A program made the position numbers and the translations under genes. Shown here piece after piece: positions 11,315 through 21,205 of a DNA stretch of 64,000 bases. Every line of letters starts with the position of its first letter. The stretch's first letter is position 1. Below the pieces are notes generated by a model, which saw only the letters and a list, made by a program, of their open reading frames with translations, was not told the DNA's origin and ran no database searches. Source of the DNA: Nitrospirota bacterium (GTDB lineage: Bacteria > Nitrospirota > Nitrospiria > 2-01-FULL-66-17); contig JBMOMC010000007.1 in NCBI GenBank assembly GCA_049325335.1, positions 224,001-288,000 of the forward strand, read 5' to 3'.

Positions 11315-13597
11315 TCAGCCGTTGGCGGTCTTACGCGACGGACCGGCCTGGTCGTACACCCAATAGTCCGGCCGCACGTCATCGACCTGGATCACGTCGC
11401 GGCGCAACGCGGCGGCTTCGGACGCGGTCTCGGCCTCGGGCTGGGTGATCACGCCGCGCGCCACGCCCTCACGCAGGAGCGTGGCCTCGTCCGCGGGCCG
11501 CAATGTTCCGGCCTGGATCGCGGCGCGCAGCTTTTTTTCCACCGCGTCCGCGGCCACGACTTTTTCCAGGGCCAGGTCCAATCGCGCGACCGCCTCGGTC
11601 GGGGCCGTGGGCGCGTACACACCGACGGTCAACCGATCGCGCGCGGCGGACGGCTCCAACAAGACGCTCGCCGCCTGGTGCGTCAACCGGTCGTCGGGCC
11701 GCTTGGCGCTCCGCCCCAGCGGAAAGATCGCCACGCGCAACAGCCCCGCGACGAATCGGTTCGGGAAATTTCCGATCACCGCGTCCAGACGATCCTCGAC
11801 GGTCCATAAACTCTCTTCACACGCCCAGCGCACCAGCGGCAGGTCCGCCTCGGGCCGGCCCTGGTCCTCGAACCGTTTGAGCGCGGCGGAGGCCAGGTAC
11901 AGATGGCTCAACACGTCGCCCAAGCGCGCGGACAGCGATTCCTTGCGTTTGAGCGCGGCGCCCACCACGATCATGGCCACGTCCGAGGCCAACGCAAGGG
12001 CGGCGCTCATGCGCGACACGCGCTGAAAGTACGTGTGAGTCGGGCCGCCTACCGGCGCGGACGCAAACCGCGCGCCGGTGAGGCCGTGGAAGAACGCGCG
12101 CCACGTGTTCTTCGCGATATGCCCGAGGTGGCCGAAAAACGCGCGATCGAACTCGCGCAGGCCGCGCGTCTGATCCGGGTCCGTCGCCGCGCGCAGTTCC
12201 TTCAAGACGTAGGGGTGGCACCGGATCGCGCCTTGGCCGAAGATAATGAGGCTACGGGTCATGATGTTCGCGCCCTCCACCGTGATGCTGATGGGCACCG
12301 CTTGATACACGCGCGCCATGAAGTTGCGCGGCCCCAACACGATCCCGGATCCGCCGTGCACGTCCATGGCGTCGTTGACCGCGCGCCGCATCAGCTCGGT
12401 CAAGTGATACTTGATCATCGCCGAAATGACCGACGGCTTCTCGCCGCGATCCACCGCGCCGAGCGTCATCACGCGCGCCGCGTCCGTGGCGTAGGTGGAT
12501 CCCGCGATCCGCGCCAACGCTTCCTCCACGCCTTCGAAGCGGCCGATCGACGTTTTGAACTGTCTGCGCACGCGGGCGTAGGCGCCGGTTGACCGCGACG
12601 CGAGCTTGCACGCGCCCGTGGCCAACGCGGGCAAAGAAATGGCCCGCCCCGCGGCCAGACATTCCATCAACATGCGCCACCCTTGGCCGATTCGGGGCTG
12701 CCCGCCGATAATCGCGTCCATGGGCACGAACACGTCTTTGCCCTGGGTCGGACCGTTTTGGAACGGGATGTCGATGGGCACGTGGCGGCGGCCGATGGTG
12801 ATGCCGGGCGTATTGGTCGGAATCAGGGCCACGGTAATACCCAGGTCGGTCTTCTCGCCGATCAAATGGTCGGGGTCGGAACACTTGAACGCCAACCCCA
12901 GCACGCTCGCCACCGGCGCCAAGGTGATGTACCGCTTGTTCCAATTCAACCGAACCCCGAGCACGTTGGACTGGCCCTTGTACGCGCCGCGGCAAATCAC
13001 GCCGGTATCGGGCATCGACGCCGCGTCGCTTCCGGATTCAGGACCCGTCAACGCAAAACAGGGTACTTCTTCGCCGCGCGCCAATCGGGACAAGTAAAAG
13101 TTCTTCTGATCCTCGGTGCCGTAGTGCAACAGCAATTCCGCGGGTCCGAGCGAGTTCGGCACCATCACGGTCACCGCGCCGGTGATGCTGCGGCTCGCAA
13201 GTTTCATCACCACGCACGAGTGGGCCAATGCGGAAAATTCCAAGCCGCCATAACGCTTCGGGATGATCATCCCAAAAAATCGCTGCTCCTTGATGAACCG
13301 CCAGACCTCGGGCGGCAGATCGTGCCATTCCTCGGTAATGCGCCAGTCATCGAGCATGCCGCACAATTCATGGACCGGGCCGTCCAAAAACGCGCGTTCC
13401 TCGGCCGTGAGCGTGGGTTCGGCTTCCGACAACAACCGCGTCCAGTTCGGTTTCCCGCTGAACAATTCCGCGTCCCACCACACGGTCCCGGCTTCCAGCG
13501 CCTCGCGCTCGGTTTGGGACATCGCGGGCATGGCCTTTCGGTAGGCCCGCAAAATCGCCGCGCTGATCACTCGCCGTCGAATGCCGAACAGGTCCAT
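11315..13597 (-). CDS. fadE: Long-type acyl-CoA dehydrogenase
   Basis: MSQTEREALEAGTVWWDAELFSG, VMVPNSLGPAELL, PISITVEGANI, extended C-terminal domain as in FadE. Confidence 0.9.
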   Translation of the reverse strand: MDLFGIRRRVISAAILRAYRKAMPAMSQTEREALEAGTVWWDAELFSGKPNWTRLLSEAEPTLTAEERAFLDGPVHELCGMLDDWRITEEWHDLPPEVWRFIKEQRFFGMIIPKRYGGLEFSALAHSCVVMKLASRSITGAVTVMVPNSLGPAELLLHYGTEDQKNFYLSRLARGEEVPCFALTGPESGSDAASMPDTGVICRGAYKGQSNVLGVRLNWNKRYITLAPVASVLGLAFKCSDPDHLIGEKTDLGITVALIPTNTPGITIGRRHVPIDIPFQNGPTQGKDVFVPMDAIIGGQPRIGQGWRMLMECLAAGRAISLPALATGACKLASRSTGAYARVRRQFKTSIGRFEGVEEALARIAGSTYATDAARVMTLGAVDRGEKPSVISAMIKYHLTELMRRAVNDAMDVHGGSGIVLGPRNFMARVYQAVPISITVEGANIMTRSLIIFGQGAIRCHPYVLKELRAATDPDQTRGLREFDRAFFGHLGHIAKNTWRAFFHGLTGARFASAPVGGPTHTYFQRVSRMSAALALASDVAMIVVGAALKRKESLSARLGDVLSHLYLASAALKRFEDQGRPEADLPLVRWACEESLWTVEDRLDAVIGNFPNRFVAGLLRVAIFPLGRSAKRPDDRLTHQAASVLLEPSAARDRLTVGVYAPTAPTEAVARLDLALEKVVAADAVEKKLRAAIQAGTLRPADEATLLREGVARGVITQPEAETASEAAALRRDVIQVDDVRPDYWVYDQAGPSRKTANG

Positions 13598-13646
13598 AAC
13601 ACCGTCCTTGTGGGTGTCCGGAACGGGCCCCACGCCCGCTCCACGC

Positions 13647-15311
13647 CTACGCGGTCAAGCGCGCCCGCTTGCCCGCGGTTTCGATATACCGACGGCTCAC
13701 CGGCGAGAGATCCGCGGGGTTCACCATCGCTTCGATCAACACGAACCGCTCTTCCGCGGCCGCGGCCTCCAGCGCCTGCGCGAGCACCGGCACGGTCGCG
13801 GCCCGCACGCCCCGCCCGCCCCAAAGCTCCGCCAACTTGGCGTACGGCCAGTCCGGCAAATCGAGTAAGCGCTTTTGCGTGGTCAACGGCCGAAAAATGC
13901 CCCAGCCGTGATTATTGAGCAGCACCACGATGGGATTGAGCCCCAAACGGACCGCGTGCGAGATTTCACCCCCGGTCATCTGAAACGATCCGTCCCCGCA
14001 CAGGATCAGCGGACGAAGCCCGGTGCCCAACTGCGCGCCCAACGCCCCGGGAATCGAAAATCCCATTGAGGCATAAAACCCTTGGGCCATGTAGAGTCCG
14101 GTGGACGGGACTTTGAGCTCGATCCCTCCGAACAGGCTGTCGCCGGAGTCCACGATCACCGCGGTCCTGGGGTGCGAGGCCACGAAGTCGTTGATCGCGG
14201 CCAGCAACGGTGCCATATTGAGCGGCGGGCCGGCATGTTGGACGTCTTTCGGCAAATTGTCGTGATACGCCACGCGCTCGGGATGCCGCTTCAACGGGCG
14301 TTTGAGCACCGCCTGGATAAAATCCCGCTCGCTCACGCGCGAGTAATTGTGAAACTTGATCCGCACCTTGTTGCCGATGGTCCACATCGACTTGTGGCGG
14401 GGAATCTCGGGCGATTGCTGCCCCAGTTCGATATCCGTGAGCAGGGTCCCGAGACTCAACACCACGTCCGCGTCTTTGGCGCGTCGACGGACGGCGGGCG
14501 GGCTCATCGGTCCGGCGTACACCCCCATGTACTGCGGATGCTCCATCGGAAACGCGCCCTTGGCCAACACCGACGCGGCGCACGCGCAGCCCAGGCGGTC
14601 CACCAACTCAACCGTGTCGCGTTTCGCCCCGAACCGATACGGCTCGATCCCCACGATCACCATCGGACGTTTGGCGCGGTTGAGCCACGCCGCGGCCTCG
14701 TCCGCCGCCTCCGCCACTTTCCTGGGGTCGCTGACGGGACGCGGAAGTCGGCCGTCCCACTCGATCAGACGGCGGGGCACCGCGATGGATTGCGTGACCA
14801 TGTCCCGGTGGATTTCCAGGTATCCGGGTTGGCGGTGGAGCCACATCGCGCGAACCACCTCGTCGATCTCATCCGCCGCCGTCCGCGGGTCGGAAATGAC
14901 CCGCGCCGTGCACGTCACTTCACGAAACATGTTCACCTGTGATTCGATCGCGCGCGCCTGGTGGTGAATCAGGGTCCCCACGCGGTACTCGTCCTCTCCG
15001 GGCCCTCCGCTCAACACCAACAAGGGCACTCGTTCGGCAAACGCGCCGGCAATTGGGTTGATCACGTTAAACCCGCCGGCCCCGTAGGTCACGCACACCA
15101 CGCCCAACCCGCCTGTGCTGCGTGCATACCCGTCCGCGGCAAACCCCACCGACGGCTCGTGCGACAGCGTCACCACGTGCAGGCCACGTGTCCGACCGAA
15201 TTTCATGAAAAGGTTGATCACCAGATCGCCGGGAATGCCGAAGACATGCCGCACGCCGATCATGCGGAGATACGCGACCAGGAAGTTTCCCAGCGGCATT
15301 CGCGAGCGCAT
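13647..15311 (-). CDS. TPP-dependent 2-keto-acid (indolepyruvate/phenylpyruvate-type) decarboxylase
   Basis: FGIPGD, FAADGYAR, GDGSFQMTG...LNN TPP-binding motif. Confidence 0.85.
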   Translation of the reverse strand: MRSRMPLGNFLVAYLRMIGVRHVFGIPGDLVINLFMKFGRTRGLHVVTLSHEPSVGFAADGYARSTGGLGVVCVTYGAGGFNVINPIAGAFAERVPLLVLSGGPGEDEYRVGTLIHHQARAIESQVNMFREVTCTARVISDPRTAADEIDEVVRAMWLHRQPGYLEIHRDMVTQSIAVPRRLIEWDGRLPRPVSDPRKVAEAADEAAAWLNRAKRPMVIVGIEPYRFGAKRDTVELVDRLGCACAASVLAKGAFPMEHPQYMGVYAGPMSPPAVRRRAKDADVVLSLGTLLTDIELGQQSPEIPRHKSMWTIGNKVRIKFHNYSRVSERDFIQAVLKRPLKRHPERVAYHDNLPKDVQHAGPPLNMAPLLAAINDFVASHPRTAVIVDSGDSLFGGIELKVPSTGLYMAQGFYASMGFSIPGALGAQLGTGLRPLILCGDGSFQMTGGEISHAVRLGLNPIVVLLNNHGWGIFRPLTTQKRLLDLPDWPYAKLAELWGGRGVRAATVPVLAQALEAAAAEERFVLIEAMVNPADLSPVSRRYIETAGKRARLTA

Positions 15312-15512
15312 GGCGACAGTATAACACCGGAATTTCTAAGGGCTACCGGCGAATATCGCGCATGAGCGCATGAAAACGATCGGCGGTTGGTCGGTTCACC
15401 GGTGCGCCGGTTACCTATGCCGCCACCCGCCGTCAAGATCACGGCCTCCACGCCCCAGCAGGAATCACGATTTTGTAGTACACTATAGGCACACATTTAC
15501 CGAAAGGACTCC

Positions 15513-15929
15513 ATGACCACGACAACCAGCGACACCGTAGGCACTGATATTGCTTCGATGTGCACCAAATGCCGAATCGAACGAGAACACACTGTGGCAT
15601 CCACGGTCGGTGAAAAGATTGGGAAAGTTCGTTGTAAGACCTGCGGCAGCACGCACCGCTACATTAAACCGGGGAGCCCGCTCCCCGCGCCGCGCCGCAA
15701 AGTCTCGAAGGTCACGACCGAAGAATCCTGGAGTCGCCGTTTGGAGTCCGCGTCCACCAAACAACGGACCGCGTACACTCCGGCCGGGGCGTACCAACTC
15801 GACGATGTGATCGACCACAGCCACTTCGGGGTCGGCATCGTCACCATGCTCACGGCCAAGGACAAGATGCAGGTCACGTTCAAAGACGGCCCCAAAATCC
15901 TCATCATGGGCATGCGGCCGGCAGTCTAA
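15513..15929 (+). CDS. Conserved hypothetical Zn-finger protein
   Basis: CTKC..H..CKTCGSTH plus IDHSHFGVG..VTF domain; AAGGA RBS. Confidence 0.7.
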   Translation: MTTTTSDTVGTDIASMCTKCRIEREHTVASTVGEKIGKVRCKTCGSTHRYIKPGSPLPAPRRKVSKVTTEESWSRRLESASTKQRTAYTPAGAYQLDDVIDHSHFGVGIVTMLTAKDKMQVTFKDGPKILIMGMRPAV

Positions 15930-16045
15930 ACTCGCTCACGAAAGCACCACCTCCGTCACCCCGGGCAGACTTCGCGCCTGGGGTGACACGTTTCGGGCCA
16001 GGGTTGTCCGGTCGAGTAAATGCCCCTATCGCCTTGCCGAGAACG

Positions 16046-16702
16046 TTACCGCGCGACGATCGCGGTATCGTAGCCCTCTTCGGCGAACGAACGGGCGCGA
16101 GAACGGGCTTCGTCGCGCGAGGCAAAGGGGCCGAGGCGGACGCGGTGATAGGTCAGGCCCTCCACCGTGACTTGCGTGATGGTCACGCCGTGTGTTTGCA
16201 GTTCGAGCGCTTGTTTTAAGCGCGCGGCGTTGTCGATGTCTTGGAAGGCCCCGAACTGAATGCTGAATGCGGCATCTCCGTCAACCGTTACCGGCTCCTC
16301 CGTGACCCGCTTGACGTACCGCAGGTCGCGATCCATCACCTCGACCTCCACGCGCCCCACCCCATCGGCCGTGAGGCCGATCTGCCTGGCCGCGCCGTAG
16401 GACAAATCCAGGTGGCGCCCGCGGACAAACGGGCCGCGGTCCGTCACGGTGACGCGGCTGGTCCGTCCCGTCTTGGGATTGGTCACGTGTAACCGGGTGC
16501 CGAACGGCAGCGATCGATGCGCCGCCGTGAAACCGTGCATATTGTAGCGCTCGCCGGACGCGGTGAGGCGGCCGTGAAACGGCTCGCCGTACCAGGACGC
16601 CACGGCCGTAAAACGGCCGCCCGGCGTGGGCGTGATCTGGCGGCCGCCGCAGGCGGACGACAGCATGACGATGACGAACAAGACGACCAGACGCGTGACC
16701 AT
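16046..16702 (-). CDS. rlpA: Septal ring lytic transglycosylase lipoprotein with SPOR domain
   Basis: Lipobox LSSAC, ASWYG, TAAHRSLPFG, DRGPF, DLS, C-terminal SPOR domain. Confidence 0.9.
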   Translation of the reverse strand: MVTRLVVLFVIVMLSSACGGRQITPTPGGRFTAVASWYGEPFHGRLTASGERYNMHGFTAAHRSLPFGTRLHVTNPKTGRTSRVTVTDRGPFVRGRHLDLSYGAARQIGLTADGVGRVEVEVMDRDLRYVKRVTEEPVTVDGDAAFSIQFGAFQDIDNAARLKQALELQTHGVTITQVTVEGLTYHRVRLGPFASRDEARSRARSFAEEGYDTAIVAR

Positions 16703-16737
16703 GCCGCGGACCGCGTCGTGAGACACCCCGGCGACCG

Positions 16738-17403
16738 TTACACGCGCTCCCACAGACCGAACACGCCGAACGGCGCAAGTCGTCGCGCGCGTTGCTCGGC
16801 AATGGCGAGAAAACCTTGGGCCTCTTCGAAGGCGGTAAATAGATGTCGATCGTTGAGATGGCCCGCCCAACGCCGTTGAAGGGAGGGGACGTCCTCATGT
16901 TCGGTATGATATGGCGCGTCGGTCAGCGCGCTGTACAACTTCGGGTTGGCGACATCGTACCCCATGAGTCGCCAGCCCTGATCCAACGGTCCCAGATCCG
17001 CGGCATCCGGCCCGAGCAAGGACAGCCACTCGGGCGCTTCGGGGTTGAGCGAATCCACCGCGAGCGTGACCGCGATCAGGCTGTACTGCCGGTCCCGCAT
17101 ACCGTCTTTGGCATCCACGTGCCGACGCAGTCGCTCGTAGTCGCTCCACAGCGGAGGCAACGGCCCCGCGTCGTCGGGACGCGCCAAATCCGCGAGCGCC
17201 GCGCACACCGAGCTCCAGATGTTCTTATCCACCGAGGCCGGTCGTTCCACATCATCGCGCAGCAGATACAAAAAGGGCCCGTTCTGTGGCCACCAATTGG
17301 CCATCGGCAGCCAATTCTGGCGCGCGTCGAACCCCAGCACCGTGTGGCGTTGCCCGTCGGCCCCGGCGAACGCATTCACCGCTTCACTCACATTCCGGTC
17401 CAT
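16738..17403 (-). CDS. Hypothetical protein
   Basis: 221-aa ORF with GGAG RBS, between purC and rlpA in the same orientation. Confidence 0.65.
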   Translation of the reverse strand: MDRNVSEAVNAFAGADGQRHTVLGFDARQNWLPMANWWPQNGPFLYLLRDDVERPASVDKNIWSSVCAALADLARPDDAGPLPPLWSDYERLRRHVDAKDGMRDRQYSLIAVTLAVDSLNPEAPEWLSLLGPDAADLGPLDQGWRLMGYDVANPKLYSALTDAPYHTEHEDVPSLQRRWAGHLNDRHLFTAFEEAQGFLAIAEQRARRLAPFGVFGLWERV

Positions 17404-17417
17404 CTCCGACTCCTGTG

Positions 17418-18335
17418 TTATGGGGCCGTCTGCGCGAGTCGGGACAACGCCTCGGCATACTTCTCACTCGTTTTGCGGATCACGTCCGCCGGAAGCTTGG
17501 GCGCCGGCGGTTGGTGGTTCCAGCCGATCGAGTCCAAATAGTCCCGCACGTACTGCTTATCAAAACTCGGCGGCGAACTGCCGGGTTGATACCGGTCCTT
17601 CGGCCAAAAGCGCGACGAATCCGGTGTCAGGACCTCGTCGATCAGGTACGGCTGATTGGTCGCGGGCTCCAGACCGAATTCCATTTTGGTGTCCGCGATG
17701 ATGATGCCCAAGCGCTCGGCGTGCGCCGCGGCCCGCTGATAGACGGTGAGACTACACTGCCGAACCACCTTCGCCAGATCCGCCCCGATCAAGGACTCCA
17801 TGCGTTCGAACGAAATATTCTCGTCATGCCCGCTGACGGCCTTGGTCGAGGGCGTGAAGATGGGCTGCGGGAGTCGGTCGGCTTCTTTGAGCCCCGACGG
17901 CAGCGGCTGGCCGCACACCGTGCCGCTCGCGCGGTACTCCTTCCACCCCGAACCCGCCAGATACCCGCGGACAATACACTCCACCGGCAGCGGGTTGTAT
18001 TTGCCGACCAGCATCGAGCGGCCGTCGAGCACGTCGCGGTATGGGCGGCACGCCGCCGGAAACTTATCTACCTCGGTGGTGATCAAATGGTGCGGCAACA
18101 CGTCCTCCATGGACCACAACCACTCGAACCAAAACTTGGACAACTGAGTCAGCACATACCCTTTGCCGGGAATGCCGTCCGGCAACACCACGTCGAACGC
18201 GGACAGCCGATCCGTGGCAACCAGCAACAAGTGCTCGCCCAAGTCGTAGATGTCCCGCACCTTGCCCTGGCGCTTGGGGCCCAGGCCGTCACATTTCGTC
18301 TCCAACACCACCGGCCGATCCACCACGTGTTTCAT
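17418..18335 (-). CDS. purC: SAICAR synthase
   Basis: [59 protein letters not shown]. Confidence 0.97.
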   Translation of the reverse strand: MKHVVDRPVVLETKCDGLGPKRQGKVRDIYDLGEHLLLVATDRLSAFDVVLPDGIPGKGYVLTQLSKFWFEWLWSMEDVLPHHLITTEVDKFPAACRPYRDVLDGRSMLVGKYNPLPVECIVRGYLAGSGWKEYRASGTVCGQPLPSGLKEADRLPQPIFTPSTKAVSGHDENISFERMESLIGADLAKVVRQCSLTVYQRAAAHAERLGIIIADTKMEFGLEPATNQPYLIDEVLTPDSSRFWPKDRYQPGSSPPSFDKQYVRDYLDSIGWNHQPPAPKLPADVIRKTSEKYAEALSRLAQTAP

Positions 18336-18686
18336 GCCCTCACCCCCTGGTTGCCGAACCCGATACTTGTACCAGACGCGGGACACGCCATGCAATCCCA
18401 CCACTCAAAACACGACGTCTTCATCTGATCTGACACACGTATACCGAATCCACGCCACCTGTTGATAACGTGGGGACAACACCGCGAATTTCGCAGCAGT
18501 CGCCTGAATTGGCGCGAGAGCGAGCGTGATGCTCACTTTTTGATCCAATTAATATCGTTGTATTTCAATAAGATCAGCGCACAACGCACTTTCAATCGCT
18601 GCGAATGGCTGAAATCACGGAAATCAGCCGGTCGTCCACAGCACCAGTGATTTCGACAACCATGTCTCCCTCGATGCGGCCGGCAG

Positions 18687-20294
18687 TTAGTGCCCGGCTT
18701 TCTCCGCCCCCAACCCCGTGTTAGCTCGCACGAGCAGCTCGGCGTACTTGGCCTCGGCCTGCGGTTCACGGCCCAACAGTGTGCCGATCACCGCGCCGAG
18801 AAACCCTAACGGGATGCTCACGATGCCGGGGTTTTCCAGCGGGAACCAGGGCGCGGCTTGAATCAGATGGCGGGCCGCGCCGGTCACGCCCGGCGGGTCA
18901 ATCGCCATGACGCTGGGACTGACCAGGATCAACGCGATGGAAGAGACCAGCCCCGTCGCCAAGCCCCACGACGCGCCCCGCGTCGTGAACCGTTTCCAGA
19001 ACAGCGAAAACACGATCACGGGCAGATTCGCCGAGGCGGCGACCGCAAACGCGAGAGCGACCAGGAACGCGACGTTGGTGTTTGGTCCCACCACGATCGC
19101 AATGCCGATCGCCAACACGCCCACCACACACGCGGTCACGCGGGCCACGCGCACTTCCTCGCCCGGACTGCGTTCGCGGCCGTGGTGCAGCACGTTGGTG
19201 TAAAAATCATGCGCGAAGGAGGTGGACGCGCTGATGGTGAGTCCCGCCACCACGGCCAGGATCGTGGCGAACGCCACCGCGGAGATAAACGCAAAGAAAA
19301 GATCGCCGCCCAAGGCGTGCGCGAGCAGGGGCGCGCTCATGTTGGTCCCGCCGTTCGCCGCGATCGCGTCGCGCCCTACGATGGTGGCCGCCCCGAACCC
19401 CAGGAACGTGGTCATGATGTAGAAACCGCCGATAATCGCCATGGCCCACACCACGCTCACGCGCGCGGTCTTGGCGTCGGGCACGGTGTAAAACCGCACC
19501 AGGATGTGGGGCAACCCCGCGGTGCCGAAGATCAACGCGAGACCGAGCGACACCAGATCGAGCGCGCCATACGGGGGTTTGAACCGCAGGCCCGGCTCCA
19601 GGAAGTTTTGCGTGACCGCTTGCCCGCTCTTATCGTGGTACGTGACGTGGGTCACGGCGCGGAAAAACTCTCCCAGATCGAATCCGAAGTGCGCCAACAC
19701 CAGGAGGCTCAGCAGCACGGTCCCGCTCATCAACAGGACGGCCTTGATGATCTGCACCCACGTGGTCGCGAGCATCCCGCCGAACACCACGTACACGATC
19801 ATCAACACACCCACGCCGATCACCGCGGCCTCGAACCCGATGCCCGAATCCTTAAGCAGCAGCGCCACCAACGCGCCCGCGCCCACCATCTGCGCGATCA
19901 TGTAAAACGTGCTGACCGTCAGCGTGGAGAGCGACGCCATCGCGCGCACCGGCCGCGGGCTCAATCGGTACGCGAGCACGTCGGCCATCGTATATTTGCC
20001 CGCGTTGCGCAAGGGTTCGGCCACGATGAGCAGCACGGTCAAGTACGCGACCAACCACCCGACCGAATACATGAACCCGTCGTACCCTTGGAACGCGATG
20101 ATGCCCGCGATGCCGAGGAACGACGCCGCGCTCATGTAATCGCCCGCCACGGCCACGCCGTTTTGCCAACCCGAAATCCGCCGATCCGCGGCGAAAAACG
20201 CGCTGGCCCCGCTCGACCGACCCGCGGCCCAGTACGTGACCCCCAACGTCAGCGCGATAAACCCCAAGAACATGACCAGCGAGGGGGACATCAT
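18687..20294 (-). CDS. actP: Cation/acetate symporter (SSS family)
   Basis: [48 protein letters not shown]. Confidence 0.9.
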   Translation of the reverse strand: MMSPSLVMFLGFIALTLGVTYWAAGRSSGASAFFAADRRISGWQNGVAVAGDYMSAASFLGIAGIIAFQGYDGFMYSVGWLVAYLTVLLIVAEPLRNAGKYTMADVLAYRLSPRPVRAMASLSTLTVSTFYMIAQMVGAGALVALLLKDSGIGFEAAVIGVGVLMIVYVVFGGMLATTWVQIIKAVLLMSGTVLLSLLVLAHFGFDLGEFFRAVTHVTYHDKSGQAVTQNFLEPGLRFKPPYGALDLVSLGLALIFGTAGLPHILVRFYTVPDAKTARVSVVWAMAIIGGFYIMTTFLGFGAATIVGRDAIAANGGTNMSAPLLAHALGGDLFFAFISAVAFATILAVVAGLTISASTSFAHDFYTNVLHHGRERSPGEEVRVARVTACVVGVLAIGIAIVVGPNTNVAFLVALAFAVAASANLPVIVFSLFWKRFTTRGASWGLATGLVSSIALILVSPSVMAIDPPGVTGAARHLIQAAPWFPLENPGIVSIPLGFLGAVIGTLLGREPQAEAKYAELLVRANTGLGAEKAGH

Positions 20295-20605
20295 CGCGAC
20301 TTTCGCCTTCCGAGCGATGCGAGAATGCCCTGCGCCATGCGGTCGAAGCGGGCCGCCGCGCGCAGATACCACGCCGCCAAGCCCCATGCCATCACGAACT
20401 GGGAGAGCGCAAACAGGTACGCCAGGTTCACGGACCCGACGACTTCGGTCTTCATGAGATTGGGCGCGTATCCGACCAACAACGGCAGCGCAAAATAATA
20501 GATCACGAAAAAAATCGTGGCGGGAATGATGAACACCCGTTTGGCCGCGATGAGGCTTCGAAAATCCTCCCGCGCCGCGACGCGATCCCAATCCGCGAGG
20601 TTCAC
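20291..20605 (-). CDS. yjcH: DUF485 (YjcH-like) ActP partner membrane protein
   Basis: Two TM segments, [10 protein letters not shown] motif; stop overlaps the actP start; probable GTG start at 20605. Confidence 0.8.
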   Translation of the reverse strand: MNLADWDRVAAREDFRSLIAAKRVFIIPATIFFVIYYFALPLLVGYAPNLMKTEVVGSVNLAYLFALSQFVMAWGLAAWYLRAAARFDRMAQGILASLGRRKSR

Positions 20606-21205
20606 GTTGCCGGCGCCGCCCGAGCGGCGGTCTCCGCCCCACGAGAAACGTCGCGGCGGGTTCTCATCGGCCGATCGCTCGTGAGCGGGTTGGCCGCCTT
20701 GTCCCAGCGGCGCGACGTCGGTTTCCTCGCCCACCGCGGGAGTGAGATCCCGATCCGGACCATCAGTCTTGCGGGTGCGTTTGCCTTTTTCGCGGCGTCC
20801 CATTCGTCCCCATCCCGCTCCTGGGCCTGAGCGTCAACCATGCCGCGGCAGTGTAGCAAAAATCGCGCGGGTGAGCACGTCTGAGGTCGCGACCGCGCGT
20901 GCGATTTCAGATGATTCCGCGCGATCTTGACTTCGTTTCAAATCCGGTGGTATACGAAACGGGTTACCGCTACCGTATTGCAGTACGTCCTCAGTACTGA
21001 GGACGGATCTCGTCCTCCCGCAGGTGGCCGCCGCCTGCAAGCGGTTCGGTTCAGGGCCCGATCGGAGGCTCTGATGGACCAGGGCACCGGGTTCCAGGCC
21101 GTTCACGACACGCGTTCGCGCGGGCCCCGCCGCAGAACGCGTGCGCCCCCCAGCACCCGAGAGACCTTTCCGGATTGTCGCGTCATGTGGAAAGGAGCGT
21201 GTGCG

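Noticed and set aside
18405..18686. ZTP (pfl) riboswitch near purC
   Set aside because: Only vague fragments, on the strand opposite to purC, and the conserved 5' core is missing.
20606..20860. c-di-GMP-I riboswitch (AAAGGCAAAC seed) or an 85-aa leader ORF upstream of yjcH
   Set aside because: The rest of the GEMM consensus is not apparent, and the ORF has no recognisable features.
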